From: an uncultured delta proteobacterium
GTDB lineage: Bacteria > Desulfobacterota > Binatia > UBA9968
Reading direction: 5' to 3'
DNA: 64,000 nucleotides
Assembly: GCA_963804165.1 (NCBI GenBank)
Contig: CAWDPO010000013.1
Location: 46,976 to 110,975 of the forward strand
Positions 45,843-55,511 of the stretch are shown here, piece after piece. Under the pieces are notes generated by a model, which worked only from the letters and a program-made list of their open reading frames with translations, was not told the DNA's origin and did not search any database. Within the stretch, counting starts at the first letter, position 1, and each line of letters begins with the position of its first letter. Both the position numbers and the translations under genes were made by a program.

Positions 45843-46718
45843 ATGGCCAACGAGAGAAGTAGAAAAGGCAAACAAGCGACGGCGAGTGTGGTGATGCGCG
45901 AGGGGCCCAATTGGCCGCTATTCGGTCTCGCGCTGCTCGGCATGGCGCTATCCGGCTATCTCACTTTTACGGCGTGGCAAGGGAACCTCGTGGCTTTTTG
46001 CACCGAAGGGACGGGCTGTGACGTTGTGCTCAATAGCCGCTGGTCCACGCTCCTCGGCATGCCGACTTCGTTCTGGGGTTTTCTCACCTACGCGCTGCTC
46101 GCAGCGGTGGCCTGGAACAAAAATGCCGCGGATCAATGGCGTTGGGCGTGGGTGATTGCGTTTTTCGGTTTGCTTTACAGCCTGTATTTGACCTCGATCT
46201 CGTTTTTCGAATTGCAGGCCGCCTGCCCATACTGCCTGACTTCGCTCGGTTTGATGGCGGCCATCGTCATCGTTACGACGTTTCAAAAACCGGCCAATTT
46301 GCCGAAATTTTCCTGGGGTCCGTGGTTGGCAAAAACTGTCGGCGTCGCCGTAGTCATGATTGTCGCGCTGCATTCCTATTACGCCGGCTACTGGGGCAAT
46401 GCCCCGGGACCGGAAGACCCGTGGGTCCGCGGTCTTGCCGAGCATCTCTCGAAGACCGACGCCAAATTTTACGGCGCCTCTTGGTGTCCCCACTGTTCCG
46501 AGCAAAAACACTTGTTCGGCAGCTCGGTCAAACGCATCCCCTATGTGGAATGCAGCCCGGGCGGCCAAAACGCCCCCTCCGCGCCGGTCTGTAAAGAAAA
46601 AAATATTACAAACTATCCGACGTGGATCATTAACGGACAGCGCTACACCGGCATCCAACCTTTAGATGCGCTCGCGCAATTGAGTCAATATAATAAGGGG
46701 CAAGGGGGCAAGCCATGA
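45843..46718 (+). CDS. VKOR-thioredoxin fusion (DsbB/DsbA-like disulfide formation)
   Basis: 'CTEGTGCDVVLNSRWS', TM 'CPYC', thioredoxin 'FYGASWCPHC..QK..FG', 'YPTW.ING'. Confidence 0.92.
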   Translation: MANERSRKGKQATASVVMREGPNWPLFGLALLGMALSGYLTFTAWQGNLVAFCTEGTGCDVVLNSRWSTLLGMPTSFWGFLTYALLAAVAWNKNAADQWRWAWVIAFFGLLYSLYLTSISFFELQAACPYCLTSLGLMAAIVIVTTFQKPANLPKFSWGPWLAKTVGVAVVMIVALHSYYAGYWGNAPGPEDPWVRGLAEHLSKTDAKFYGASWCPHCSEQKHLFGSSVKRIPYVECSPGGQNAPSAPVCKEKNITNYPTWIINGQRYTGIQPLDALAQLSQYNKGQGGKP

Positions 46719-47191
46719 AATCGGGCGAATCGGTCTTTAAGCTAACGATGCTTTTGGCGATCCTCGCGGCGACGGTTCCATTTGCGCCTCGATCAGCGCA
46801 AGCCGATCCTTCGAAGTATCCCGAGTTCGCCCTGCAAACACTGCCTGATAATATCACGCCTGCGTTTATCAATATCGAGGAGCTGGTCGCAGCGTTAAAG
46901 GCGGGCGCCAAGCCGGTGATCATCGACGTGCGCAGCGATGAAGAGTTCCGCGAAGTACATATCTTGGGCGCCGTCTCCGCGCCGCTGGGGGAATTCAAGG
47001 AGTATCTGAAAAGCATTCCACGGGACCGGCCGGTCGTCCTCTATTGAGCGTGCCCCCATCACCTGGCCAGTTTGGCCTATGGCATTCTCTATGAAAACGG
47101 CTACCGCAACATGAAAGTACTCGATGAAGGTCTCACCGGCTGGTACCAGAAACGCTATCCCATGGAAGGCACCAAGGCTCCTGGATCGTGA
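46715..47191 (+). CDS. exported rhodanese-like selenoprotein (LYUAC), 158 aa with Sec readthrough
   Basis: TGA at 47045-47047 sits at the catalytic Cys position; the frame continues ACPHHLASLAYGILYENGYRNMKVLDEGLTGW...YP and stops at 47191, 3 nt before queC. Confidence 0.85.
47051..47084 (+). promoter_or_regulatory. putative bacterial SECIS hairpin
   Basis: Apical GGCCA-GTT-TGGCC (loop starts with G, 22 nt after TGA) on a lower CCAT/ATGG or TGCC/GGCA stem. Confidence 0.6.
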
Positions 47192-47194
47192 ATC

Positions 47195-47890
47195 ATGGCC
47201 GGCGAAAATGCGGTAATCCTGCTTAGTGGCGGCATCGATTCGGCCACTGCCGCCGCCATCGCGAAGCAGCAGGGCTTCGAGTTACACGCGCTCAGCTTTC
47301 GCTATGGCCAGCGCCACGAACGCGAGCTCGAATCCGCCCGCAAAGTCGCTTCGTTCTTGCAGGTTCAATCTCACAGAGTCATTGAGTTCGATCTTCGGGC
47401 TATCGGCGGGTCGGCGCTCACCGATGGGATCGAAGTTCCCAAAGGGCGCAGCGAAACGGAAATCGGATACGGCATTCCGGTAACCTATGTGCCGGCGCGC
47501 AACACGATATTTCTCTCCTTCGGTTTGGCGCTGGCCGAGCGGATCGGCTCGCAGGATATTTTCTTCGGCGCCAATCAACTCGATTACAGCGGCTACCCCG
47601 ACTGCCGTGAGGAATATATCCGCGCTTTCGAACAGATGGCGAATCTCGCCACCAAGGCGGGAGTCGAAGGCAAAAGCCGATTGACGATTCAGACGCCTCT
47701 GCTCAAAATGACCAAGGCCGCGATTATTAAAATGGGCCTGAAGCTCGGATTCGACTACGCTCTCACCTGGAGTTGTTACGATCCGTCACCCGACGATCGA
47801 GCCTGCGGCCGTTGCGATAGTTGCCAGCTCAGGCTGAGTGGGTTCGAAGCAGCCGGCGCCATCGATCCGATATGCTATGCCGGACGATAA
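47195..47890 (+). CDS. queC: 7-cyano-7-deazaguanine synthase
   Basis: 'LLSGGIDS', 'YGQRH', 'TYVPARN', 'YPDCR', 'TWSCY', 'CGRCDSC'. Confidence 0.96.
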   Translation: MAGENAVILLSGGIDSATAAAIAKQQGFELHALSFRYGQRHERELESARKVASFLQVQSHRVIEFDLRAIGGSALTDGIEVPKGRSETEIGYGIPVTYVPARNTIFLSFGLALAERIGSQDIFFGANQLDYSGYPDCREEYIRAFEQMANLATKAGVEGKSRLTIQTPLLKMTKAAIIKMGLKLGFDYALTWSCYDPSPDDRACGRCDSCQLRLSGFEAAGAIDPICYAGR

Positions 47891-48032
47891 ATGGCTCATG
47901 AAATTTGGTCGCGTTCTCTACTATAATGATCTTTCGGACCATGGGACCAGAACTGAAGTCGTCAGGCATGGGCCATCGGTCTTAACCTGAAGGTTGGCAC
48001 CTGAACACCGCATCCTAGGAAAATCGCCCGGT

Positions 48033-48926
48033 ATGTTGCCCAAACCGTTCACTCCGGATTTTTTAACCCAGCTGGAAACCCTCCGGGTACGTACGAGAAA
48101 GGAGATCCTCGGCAATCACCCGGGCAGTTATTCTTCGCCGCGGCGCGGCACCAGTTTGGAATTTTCCGACTATCGGCGCTATGCGCCTGGCGACGATCTG
48201 CGCTATCTCGACTGGGGCATCTATGCGCGCACCGATCGGCTTTACATCAAAGTGTTCCGCGAGGAAGTCGACTTGTTTGCTTACGTCTTCATCGACGCCA
48301 GCGCCTCGATGGCGTTTCCCTCGCGCGCAGAAAAATATTTGCCCGCCACGCATGTGGCGCTGGCGCTCTCCTACGTCGTCTTGGCAAATCACGATCACGT
48401 TAAGCTGCATCTGATGCAGGATCAGAGCCGTCCGACGTCCTCGCCGTTTTATCGCGGCCGGCGCCGCATGACCGACTGCATCGATTTCGCGACGTCGGCA
48501 AACCCCGCGGGACCGCTGGAGCTGGCGGCCTCTCTCGGGGAGCATCTCAAACGCTTACGCCGGCCGGGAAAAGCCATTCTGATTTCCGATTTCCTCATGC
48601 CCGCCGCGGCCTATCAACAGGGATTGAATTTGCTGCGTGCTTTCAACCTCGACATCGTGGCGATTCAGATTTTGTCGCGCGCCGAAGTCGAGCCGCCGTT
48701 TCCCAATGGCAGTATCGCCTTGGTCGACAGCGAAACCCAAGGCGAGGTCCGCTATCAATGGAGCAACAACTCGCGGCGCGACTATCAATCGAAACTGGCG
48801 CGTCATAATTTGGAAATCCGTAGTTTCTGTCACCAAAGCGGCATTCATTACTCGCTCTATGTCACCGATCGCGACCTCGGCGACTTTATCTTCGCCACGT
48901 TGCCGAAGATCGGACTTTTTAAGTAA
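48033..48926 (+). CDS. DUF58 family protein
   Basis: 'GTSLEFSDYRRYAPGDDLRYLDW...ART', 'DASASM', 'ISDF'. Confidence 0.9.
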   Translation: MLPKPFTPDFLTQLETLRVRTRKEILGNHPGSYSSPRRGTSLEFSDYRRYAPGDDLRYLDWGIYARTDRLYIKVFREEVDLFAYVFIDASASMAFPSRAEKYLPATHVALALSYVVLANHDHVKLHLMQDQSRPTSSPFYRGRRRMTDCIDFATSANPAGPLELAASLGEHLKRLRRPGKAILISDFLMPAAAYQQGLNLLRAFNLDIVAIQILSRAEVEPPFPNGSIALVDSETQGEVRYQWSNNSRRDYQSKLARHNLEIRSFCHQSGIHYSLYVTDRDLGDFIFATLPKIGLFK

Positions 48927-48932
48927 TTCCAT

Positions 48933-50744
48933 ATGGAGTTTCTCAATCCCACCGCTCTGTACGGACTCTTTGCCTTGCCGTTGCTACTGATTCCTTACTT
49001 AGTGCGAAAAAAGCCACGCCGTCTGGTATTTTCGAGTCTTTTGTTGTTTCAGGAAGGCGGACTGCAAGCCAGTGGCCGGCCGATGGGGCGAATCCATATT
49101 CCGCCGATCTTCTTTCTCCAATTGTTGCTGCTCGCTTTGCTCATATTCGCCTTGAGCGAACCGGTGTTCTCGGTCCGCCCGACCAGTATCGCCATCGTCT
49201 TGGACAACTCGGCAAGTATGCAAACCCTGGAAGATGGCAAAACCAGAATGACCCTCGCCAAGGAAAAGGCCAACGCCGTAGTCGATGAGATCGGCGTTGC
49301 GGGGCAAGTCGAGCTCTACACCACGACCCCCAGACTTGAGCGACTCAGCGCCGCGCCGCTGAGTCCAATCGAAGCAAAGGCAATCATCGGCAATATCGCG
49401 TCCTACGATCTCGGTGATCCGCCGATCGATTACGACGAGGCGCTAAACCGCTTGGCGCGTGAACGAAAATATCAACGTGTCTATCTCGTTACCGACCATC
49501 CCGCAGGCGGCCAGGCCGCGCTCCTGCGCATCATTTCTGTGGGACAGCCCAAAACGAATCTCGCGGTCACTGCTTTCGAGGTTCACCGCTCTTCACTTGT
49601 CAACGCGCGTATCGACGCAATCGGGACGGTAACGAATTTCTCGTCCCGTGACGAGAAGATCAGAATTCTGCTCAAAGCAAACGGCACCACGCTGGCGAGC
49701 CGCGAACTTGCGGTGGCCCCGGCCAAGGCCGCGACGGCGACATTCGAAGGGGTTCCCGAGTATCCCAGTTACGAAGTTGAGATTGACGCGCGCGACGCCC
49801 TGCCGATCGACAATCGACGTTTTGCCAGCGCGCCGGCATCGCGCAACTTGCGCATCCTGGCGGTGACGCCCCGACCTCAAGCCGGAACAAGCCTTCGATC
49901 GATCCCGGGCGTTAATGTCGATATCATCGCGCCGGCCGAGTACGAAAAATCCCAGCGCACCGGCTATGGGTTGGAAATATTCCATTTTGCCGCTCCCGGC
50001 GCGTTGCCGGAAAATCCAGCGCTCTTCATCCTTCCGCCCGAGAGCAGCCCTCTCGTTGATCTTGGTGCGCCGATCAGCAACGTACAGATTTCCAGCTGGC
50101 GGGAACCACATGTGTTGACTCGATACATCAATTTTAGTTTGTTTCGCCCGACCTATGCCCGTCCTTTGAAGCCGCAAACTGCCGGTGACGTGATCATCGA
50201 CGGTCCGGGCGGCACTCTAGCTTTCGCGGTAGAACGACAAGGTGTGCGTTACCTCGCTCTCGGCTTCGATCCTCTGCCCTATCTGGGACGGGAGAATCTA
50301 CCGATGTCGATTTTCACATTGAATTTACTCGATTGGTTTTTTGAAAGCGGCGTCTCGAGAGCTCAGGCGACCGGAGAGCCCATACCCCTGGGCGCGCTGC
50401 AACCTGGTGATTCACTTGTTGTGCCGGCGGGCAACAAAGTCGCGCTGAAACCGGGCAGTGAAAATTTCTTGGCGACCTTTCAGCAGGGAATTTATCAGCG
50501 CCAGCGCGGCCGCGAGATTAGCGTCTATGCGCGCAATTTGGCCGATACGAATGAGTCCGATCTCAGAACGCCGGCGCCAATCGAGCTCCGTGACACAAGC
50601 AAGATCTCGGGCAGCACCTCAACGTTGTTTACTTTCTGGCCCTATCTCCTGCTCGCCTCGCTCTTGCTGTTTTTTATCGAGTGGTTCATCAACCCGCGCA
50701 TGATTTCGAGCCATCTCCACCGCGCCTCCCGGCAACCGGTGTAA
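48933..50744 (+). CDS. BatA N-terminal / VWA domain protein
   Basis: 'MEFLNP..L.GL..LPLLL', 'FSSLL', MIDAS 'DNSASM', C-terminal 'ESDL' and TM. Confidence 0.85.
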   Translation: MEFLNPTALYGLFALPLLLIPYLVRKKPRRLVFSSLLLFQEGGLQASGRPMGRIHIPPIFFLQLLLLALLIFALSEPVFSVRPTSIAIVLDNSASMQTLEDGKTRMTLAKEKANAVVDEIGVAGQVELYTTTPRLERLSAAPLSPIEAKAIIGNIASYDLGDPPIDYDEALNRLARERKYQRVYLVTDHPAGGQAALLRIISVGQPKTNLAVTAFEVHRSSLVNARIDAIGTVTNFSSRDEKIRILLKANGTTLASRELAVAPAKAATATFEGVPEYPSYEVEIDARDALPIDNRRFASAPASRNLRILAVTPRPQAGTSLRSIPGVNVDIIAPAEYEKSQRTGYGLEIFHFAAPGALPENPALFILPPESSPLVDLGAPISNVQISSWREPHVLTRYINFSLFRPTYARPLKPQTAGDVIIDGPGGTLAFAVERQGVRYLALGFDPLPYLGRENLPMSIFTLNLLDWFFESGVSRAQATGEPIPLGALQPGDSLVVPAGNKVALKPGSENFLATFQQGIYQRQRGREISVYARNLADTNESDLRTPAPIELRDTSKISGSTSTLFTFWPYLLLASLLLFFIEWFINPRMISSHLHRASRQPV

Positions 50745-50749
50745 ATTCG

Positions 50750-53305
50750 ATGAAACCCTTGCTCGCCCATATTATCTTTGCCAAACCGTATTTTTTCTGG
50801 CTCTTGCTCGCTTTGCCGCTCCTTTGGTTTCGCTTCCGCGACCGTCGCTTGCCGGTGCTGATCGCCCGGACGATCATTCTGGCACTGGTCATCGTCACCC
50901 TCGCCGATCCGCAGTCGGCGAGCGAGGAAGCGCGCGACCAAGAACGGCTTTTCGCTTACGACGTGTCAGACAGCATCCCGACTGCGATGCGCGAATGGAT
51001 GAAAAAATCGACCGACATCGTACCGTCGCCCGGGCGCAACGATCGCGTCTTCGTATTTGGCGCGTCCGCGCTTGAAGCTGCCAACTGGCGTGAGTTGTTG
51101 GATGAAGATAAGGCCAAAGCCGCCGCCGCGGAGCCGGCAAAGACTAATTTAGAGAATCTTTTCAACCAGCTTTTGACGCTCCCTGCCGCGCCACGTAGGC
51201 TTTATTTGTACACCGACGGCTGGGAAAACCAAGGAAATGTCGAGCGGCTTTTGCCGGCCCTCGCCGCCGCCGGCATCAAGGTTTACCCGATCCTGCCAAC
51301 GCAGCGTCCGGCGATCGCCAACGTGGCGGTCGCAAAACTGATGGCGCCGACTGAGGGGAATAGCGGCGAAAGCGTTAATCTGAAAGCCGTGCTCGACAAT
51401 CAGAATAATCGCCCGGTCGAAGGCACTTTGACGCTCACGCGAAACGGGCAAGTGATAAAGACGGAAGCGGTGAAATTGAATCCGGGAAGTCAAACTTTCA
51501 CGTACCAAACGACGCCGGCGGACAGTACGCTGACCTCTTTTCAAGCGACTTTTTCAGCTCGCGACGCGCAAATTGACCGATATCCGGCTGACAACCACGC
51601 GGTTGCCTGGGTGACCACGCGAGCTAAAAGCAGGGTTTTGCTCGTCAACGGCCAGAGCGGCGCTGGCCGGCATTTGGAGGAAATAATTAAACGGCACGGT
51701 GTTGAGGTTACCGTACGGCGGCCGGAAACCGCCCCGGCGCCCACCGGCTACAAAATCGTAATCTTTAACAATGCCGAACGTGACCGTTTCGCGCCGGGAT
51801 ATCTCGCCTCGATCGAACGGCATACCGCGGATGGTAATGGGTTTATCATGCTCGGCGCCGAAGCCAGCTTTGCCCCGGCCAGTTATCGCCAAACGCCGAT
51901 CGAAAATATCCTGCCGGTGGAGCCCAAGGAACCGCCAAAGCGCGAAGAGAAAAACCGCGCGGTAGTTTTGGTTGTCGATAAGTCGGGGAGCATGCGCGAT
52001 GATAACCGCATCCTCTATGCCAAGGAGGCTGCCAAGGCCGTAGCGCGGCAACTGCGTGATATCGATCTGCTGGGAGTGGTCGGTTTCGACGACAGTCCCT
52101 TCGTGGTCGTTTACTTGGAAACCATGGGGCGACTGCGCGGCGTCGTCGACGCGCAAATCGATCGTCTCAAGCCGGGCGGACAAACTTACTTCTTGCCCGC
52201 ACTGTTGGAAGCCAAGCGCCAACTTGAACGGACCAACGCTTCGCGTAAGCACCTCATTTTATTGAGCGACGGGGTAACACGCGGCAGCCAGGGCGAACTG
52301 GTCGACCTGGTCGGCATGATGAAAAACGAACTCAAGATCACGGTCTCCGCCGTGGCCATAAGTTCGGAAGCGGATGTGCGCGTCATGAAACGAATCAGTC
52401 AATATGGTGGTGGTCTATTTCATCATGTCACCGATCCGTCGACTCTGCCTCAGATCGTATTGGAGCAACTCCAGGATAAAACAAAGGACGAACCGGAAAA
52501 GGAAGGGCCATGGACACCGGTCCAAGAGCGGGGTTCGGAGTTGCTCGCCGGGTTCGGTGCACGAACCTATCCATCCGTGCTTGGTTTCATGGAAGCCGAA
52601 CTTAAAAAAAATGCTCACCAGGATCTAACGATTTCCCGATCCGAGCGGCGCTGGCCGCTTCTCGCCTCCTGGCGTTATGGAAGAGGGAAATCCATTGCCC
52701 TGACAACCGATCTGGAGGGTCGTTGGAGTCGGAACTGGATTCAATGGGGCAGTTTACAAGGCTTTTGGGGTCGCCTATTGGATTGGCTCAATCCACCGGA
52801 AGAAAACTTAGTCCCTGCGCACGAAGTCAGGGTCAGTTACTCAGAAAACCGCACGGTCCTGGATCTATCGATCTATGACGACGCCAGCGCCAACAGCCAG
52901 TACCGATTCGTCGTTAATGGGAAAACTATGAAAGCGCAGGGAAATTTGGCGAAGTTGGCACCGGGACATTATCAAGCCGACTTACCGATGTCGCAGCAGG
53001 GCGACTATCGAATTGACCTGACCGAGGAGCGAGGCGGGCGCCGAATTCCATTTCCGGCCGTGGGCTACACGCTCGCCTACGATTTGAATAGTGAAGTGCC
53101 ACGATCGGAGTTTAACAATCGGCTATTGGCGCGCATCGCCGAGGCCACCGGCGGTGAGATCAATCCTCAGGGAGTGCAGGCGCAAAGCCAAACCACGGTC
53201 ACAAAGACTTACGTACCGATCAAACAGCCTTTCATCATTCTGGCGTTCTGCCTGTTTCTATTCGAGGTCGCGTTGCGAAAGTTTGCCTTTTCCGAGCCCG
53301 ATTGA
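50750..53305 (+). CDS. VWA and glutamine-amidotransferase-like domain membrane protein
   Basis: 'DVSDS', 'TDG.EN.G', 'DKSGSM', 'LLSDG', 'PLLASWRYGRG', 'IAEATGG'. Confidence 0.85.
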   Translation: MKPLLAHIIFAKPYFFWLLLALPLLWFRFRDRRLPVLIARTIILALVIVTLADPQSASEEARDQERLFAYDVSDSIPTAMREWMKKSTDIVPSPGRNDRVFVFGASALEAANWRELLDEDKAKAAAAEPAKTNLENLFNQLLTLPAAPRRLYLYTDGWENQGNVERLLPALAAAGIKVYPILPTQRPAIANVAVAKLMAPTEGNSGESVNLKAVLDNQNNRPVEGTLTLTRNGQVIKTEAVKLNPGSQTFTYQTTPADSTLTSFQATFSARDAQIDRYPADNHAVAWVTTRAKSRVLLVNGQSGAGRHLEEIIKRHGVEVTVRRPETAPAPTGYKIVIFNNAERDRFAPGYLASIERHTADGNGFIMLGAEASFAPASYRQTPIENILPVEPKEPPKREEKNRAVVLVVDKSGSMRDDNRILYAKEAAKAVARQLRDIDLLGVVGFDDSPFVVVYLETMGRLRGVVDAQIDRLKPGGQTYFLPALLEAKRQLERTNASRKHLILLSDGVTRGSQGELVDLVGMMKNELKITVSAVAISSEADVRVMKRISQYGGGLFHHVTDPSTLPQIVLEQLQDKTKDEPEKEGPWTPVQERGSELLAGFGARTYPSVLGFMEAELKKNAHQDLTISRSERRWPLLASWRYGRGKSIALTTDLEGRWSRNWIQWGSLQGFWGRLLDWLNPPEENLVPAHEVRVSYSENRTVLDLSIYDDASANSQYRFVVNGKTMKAQGNLAKLAPGHYQADLPMSQQGDYRIDLTEERGGRRIPFPAVGYTLAYDLNSEVPRSEFNNRLLARIAEATGGEINPQGVQAQSQTTVTKTYVPIKQPFIILAFCLFLFEVALRKFAFSEPD

Positions 53306-53409
53306 GGACTTTCCAGGGTTCCAAAGAAACTCCTTGGATTGCCAATTCCTCGGTTTTTCGTTTGACAGGCCCGGCGAAACGATTTATTAAATGTAATCTT
53401 TATTGACTT

Positions 53410-54822
53410 ATGCGGCCAGCTACACCAACCCGTCGGAGTATCATCCAAGCGCAGCAAAAGGCTGCGTCGAGATCGCTTGTTATCGCCGGTCATATCAGGA
53501 AGTTAACTTGGCTGGCGACTTTTATCGCAGTCCTGGTAATGAACTTGGTTCAGGCCCATGCCGCCAAACAGAAAACAGCCCGCAAGGACGCTCCAAAAGG
53601 CAAATCTAATCCTGTAACAGTTCCTATTCACAAAGCTGAAAACTCCCCTACGTCCAAAGTCTTGCTCCCTTCTCCGTTTTCCCAGCCGTTCGAGTCCCTG
53701 GATAAGTGGGAGCTCATAACGCACCGCGTTCGTGCCGGCGAGACGATCTCAGATATGCTGGGTCGATACGGATTGCCAACCGGGGAAAGGCAACAGTGGG
53801 CTCTGTCCATGACGCGAGGTCTTGGCCGGCAGGTGCTGCCGACAGGAAGGGAAGTTCATCTCTATTTCTCCAAGCCGATATTCTTACGTCGAAACCGAGT
53901 TGCGCCAGGGCCACTCAAGGCCATGGAAATGGATCAAGACGACGCGTCGACTTTGACATGGGAGAAAGGGATGCGGGGTATTCTCTTCCAGAAACGCGAA
54001 AAGCCGTATGACGTCGAAATAAAAACCGTCAGCGGATCGGTTGACGCATCGCTGTTTGAAGATGCACGCAGAGCCGGGATCCAACCCGCTCTGCTTTCCC
54101 AACTCGCCGACATCTTTACTTGGGACATTGATATCGAGAAGGAAATTCATAAAGGCGACACATATAAGATTCTTTATGAACAACGCAGCCGCAAGGGCCA
54201 AGAAACCAAATCGGCGCTGCGCATCTTGGCTGCTGAGCTCATCAATGCCGGGCAAAAACTGACAGCGGTCTATTTCGAAAAGCAAAAGGGACAGGGAAAC
54301 TACTATAACCTCGAAGGGCGCAGCCTGGCACGTTCTTTCTTGCGCTTTCCATTGGAATTTACGAGCATTACCTCGCATTTCACGGATTCGCGATTCCACC
54401 CAATTCTAAAGACGAATTTGCCGCATACCGGCGTCGATTTCGCGGCCCAGCGAGGCACTCCGGTTCGTGCGGTCGGCGACGGCGTGATTAACGACGCGGG
54501 TTGGAACGGGTCGTATGGGAAAGCTATCGAAATCAAGCACGACACAACCTATATGAGCCGGTATGCCCATCTCGACAGCTTCGCGGTGGGTATCCGTTCC
54601 GGCGCCACCGTGATTAAGGGGCAGATCATCGGTTATGTCGGTTCGACCGGCAGAAGCACAGGCCCGCATCTTCACTTTGAGTTATATAAAGACCAGCAGT
54701 TCATCAATCCGCTCAGCGTCGATTTTCCCGCCGAGGATAGTATTGAACCGGCGTTGCAAAAGGTCTTTGAAAACCAGACGCAAACGTACCTCGTTGAGCT
54801 TTCGACGGCGCCGCAATCTTAG
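53410..54822 (+). CDS. M23 family peptidoglycan DD-endopeptidase (MepM-like)
   Basis: 'RFHPIL....HTGVDFAA..GTPV', 'YAHL', 'STGPHLHFE'; TTGACA-17-TATTAA at 53362-53390; start uncertain. Confidence 0.9.
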   Translation: MRPATPTRRSIIQAQQKAASRSLVIAGHIRKLTWLATFIAVLVMNLVQAHAAKQKTARKDAPKGKSNPVTVPIHKAENSPTSKVLLPSPFSQPFESLDKWELITHRVRAGETISDMLGRYGLPTGERQQWALSMTRGLGRQVLPTGREVHLYFSKPIFLRRNRVAPGPLKAMEMDQDDASTLTWEKGMRGILFQKREKPYDVEIKTVSGSVDASLFEDARRAGIQPALLSQLADIFTWDIDIEKEIHKGDTYKILYEQRSRKGQETKSALRILAAELINAGQKLTAVYFEKQKGQGNYYNLEGRSLARSFLRFPLEFTSITSHFTDSRFHPILKTNLPHTGVDFAAQRGTPVRAVGDGVINDAGWNGSYGKAIEIKHDTTYMSRYAHLDSFAVGIRSGATVIKGQIIGYVGSTGRSTGPHLHFELYKDQQFINPLSVDFPAEDSIEPALQKVFENQTQTYLVELSTAPQS

Positions 54823-55046
54823 CAGCTAAGTTCAAGTTAGCCCTCGCCCGGGGCCCACAAATAGCACACATCCCGGCGCAGCGCGGACAACATCGGCGCG
54901 TCAGCATTATCAGCGCCCCTACAGTAATGACAATAGCATTCATTGGGTGTTTGGTCTGAACTCATTCGGGGGTTCTTCCAGAGACCACGTCGTCTGTCTG
55001 AACCGGTTTTTAAGGGGCGACCCGCCTGATTACATCAGCTAAAACC

Positions 55047-55511
55047 ATGACCTTGGGAAGAATGATTCTGCTCTTCGCAAGCGCCGGCGGCATTGGGTTT
55101 TCACCATTTTTTCCCGGGACTTTAGGAACGCTGGCGGCTATTCCCGTGGCGCTCTCCATAAACCGGCTTGCGGTGGGGTATCCCCTCGCTGCCTTAACAA
55201 GTCTGCTCGGGTTGATATTATTTGCGGTCTGGTCGTCTGATCGAGCGGCAAAACTACTGGAGGTGAAAGACCCGCAAATTATCGTCATAGACGAGATCGC
55301 TGGTTTTGCCGTAGCCGCCTTTCTCACCAGTACGCTGCCCGGTTTAATCGCCGCATTTCTCTTATTCAGATTTTTTGATATTGCAAAAGTATATCCGGCG
55401 TCGAGGCTCGAATCGCTCCCCGGTGGCGCCGGAATTGTCTTGGACGATATCATGGCTGGGATTTACACTTTCCTCATCCTGCGACTGCTCTCTTACACGA
55501 GCTTGGTATGA
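55047..55511 (+). CDS. pgpA: phosphatidylglycerophosphatase A
   Basis: 'PGTLGT', 'DPQIIVIDE', 'FRFFDIAK', 'DDIMAG'. Confidence 0.93.
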   Translation: MTLGRMILLFASAGGIGFSPFFPGTLGTLAAIPVALSINRLAVGYPLAALTSLLGLILFAVWSSDRAAKLLEVKDPQIIVIDEIAGFAVAAFLTSTLPGLIAAFLLFRFFDIAKVYPASRLESLPGGAGIVLDDIMAGIYTFLILRLLSYTSLV

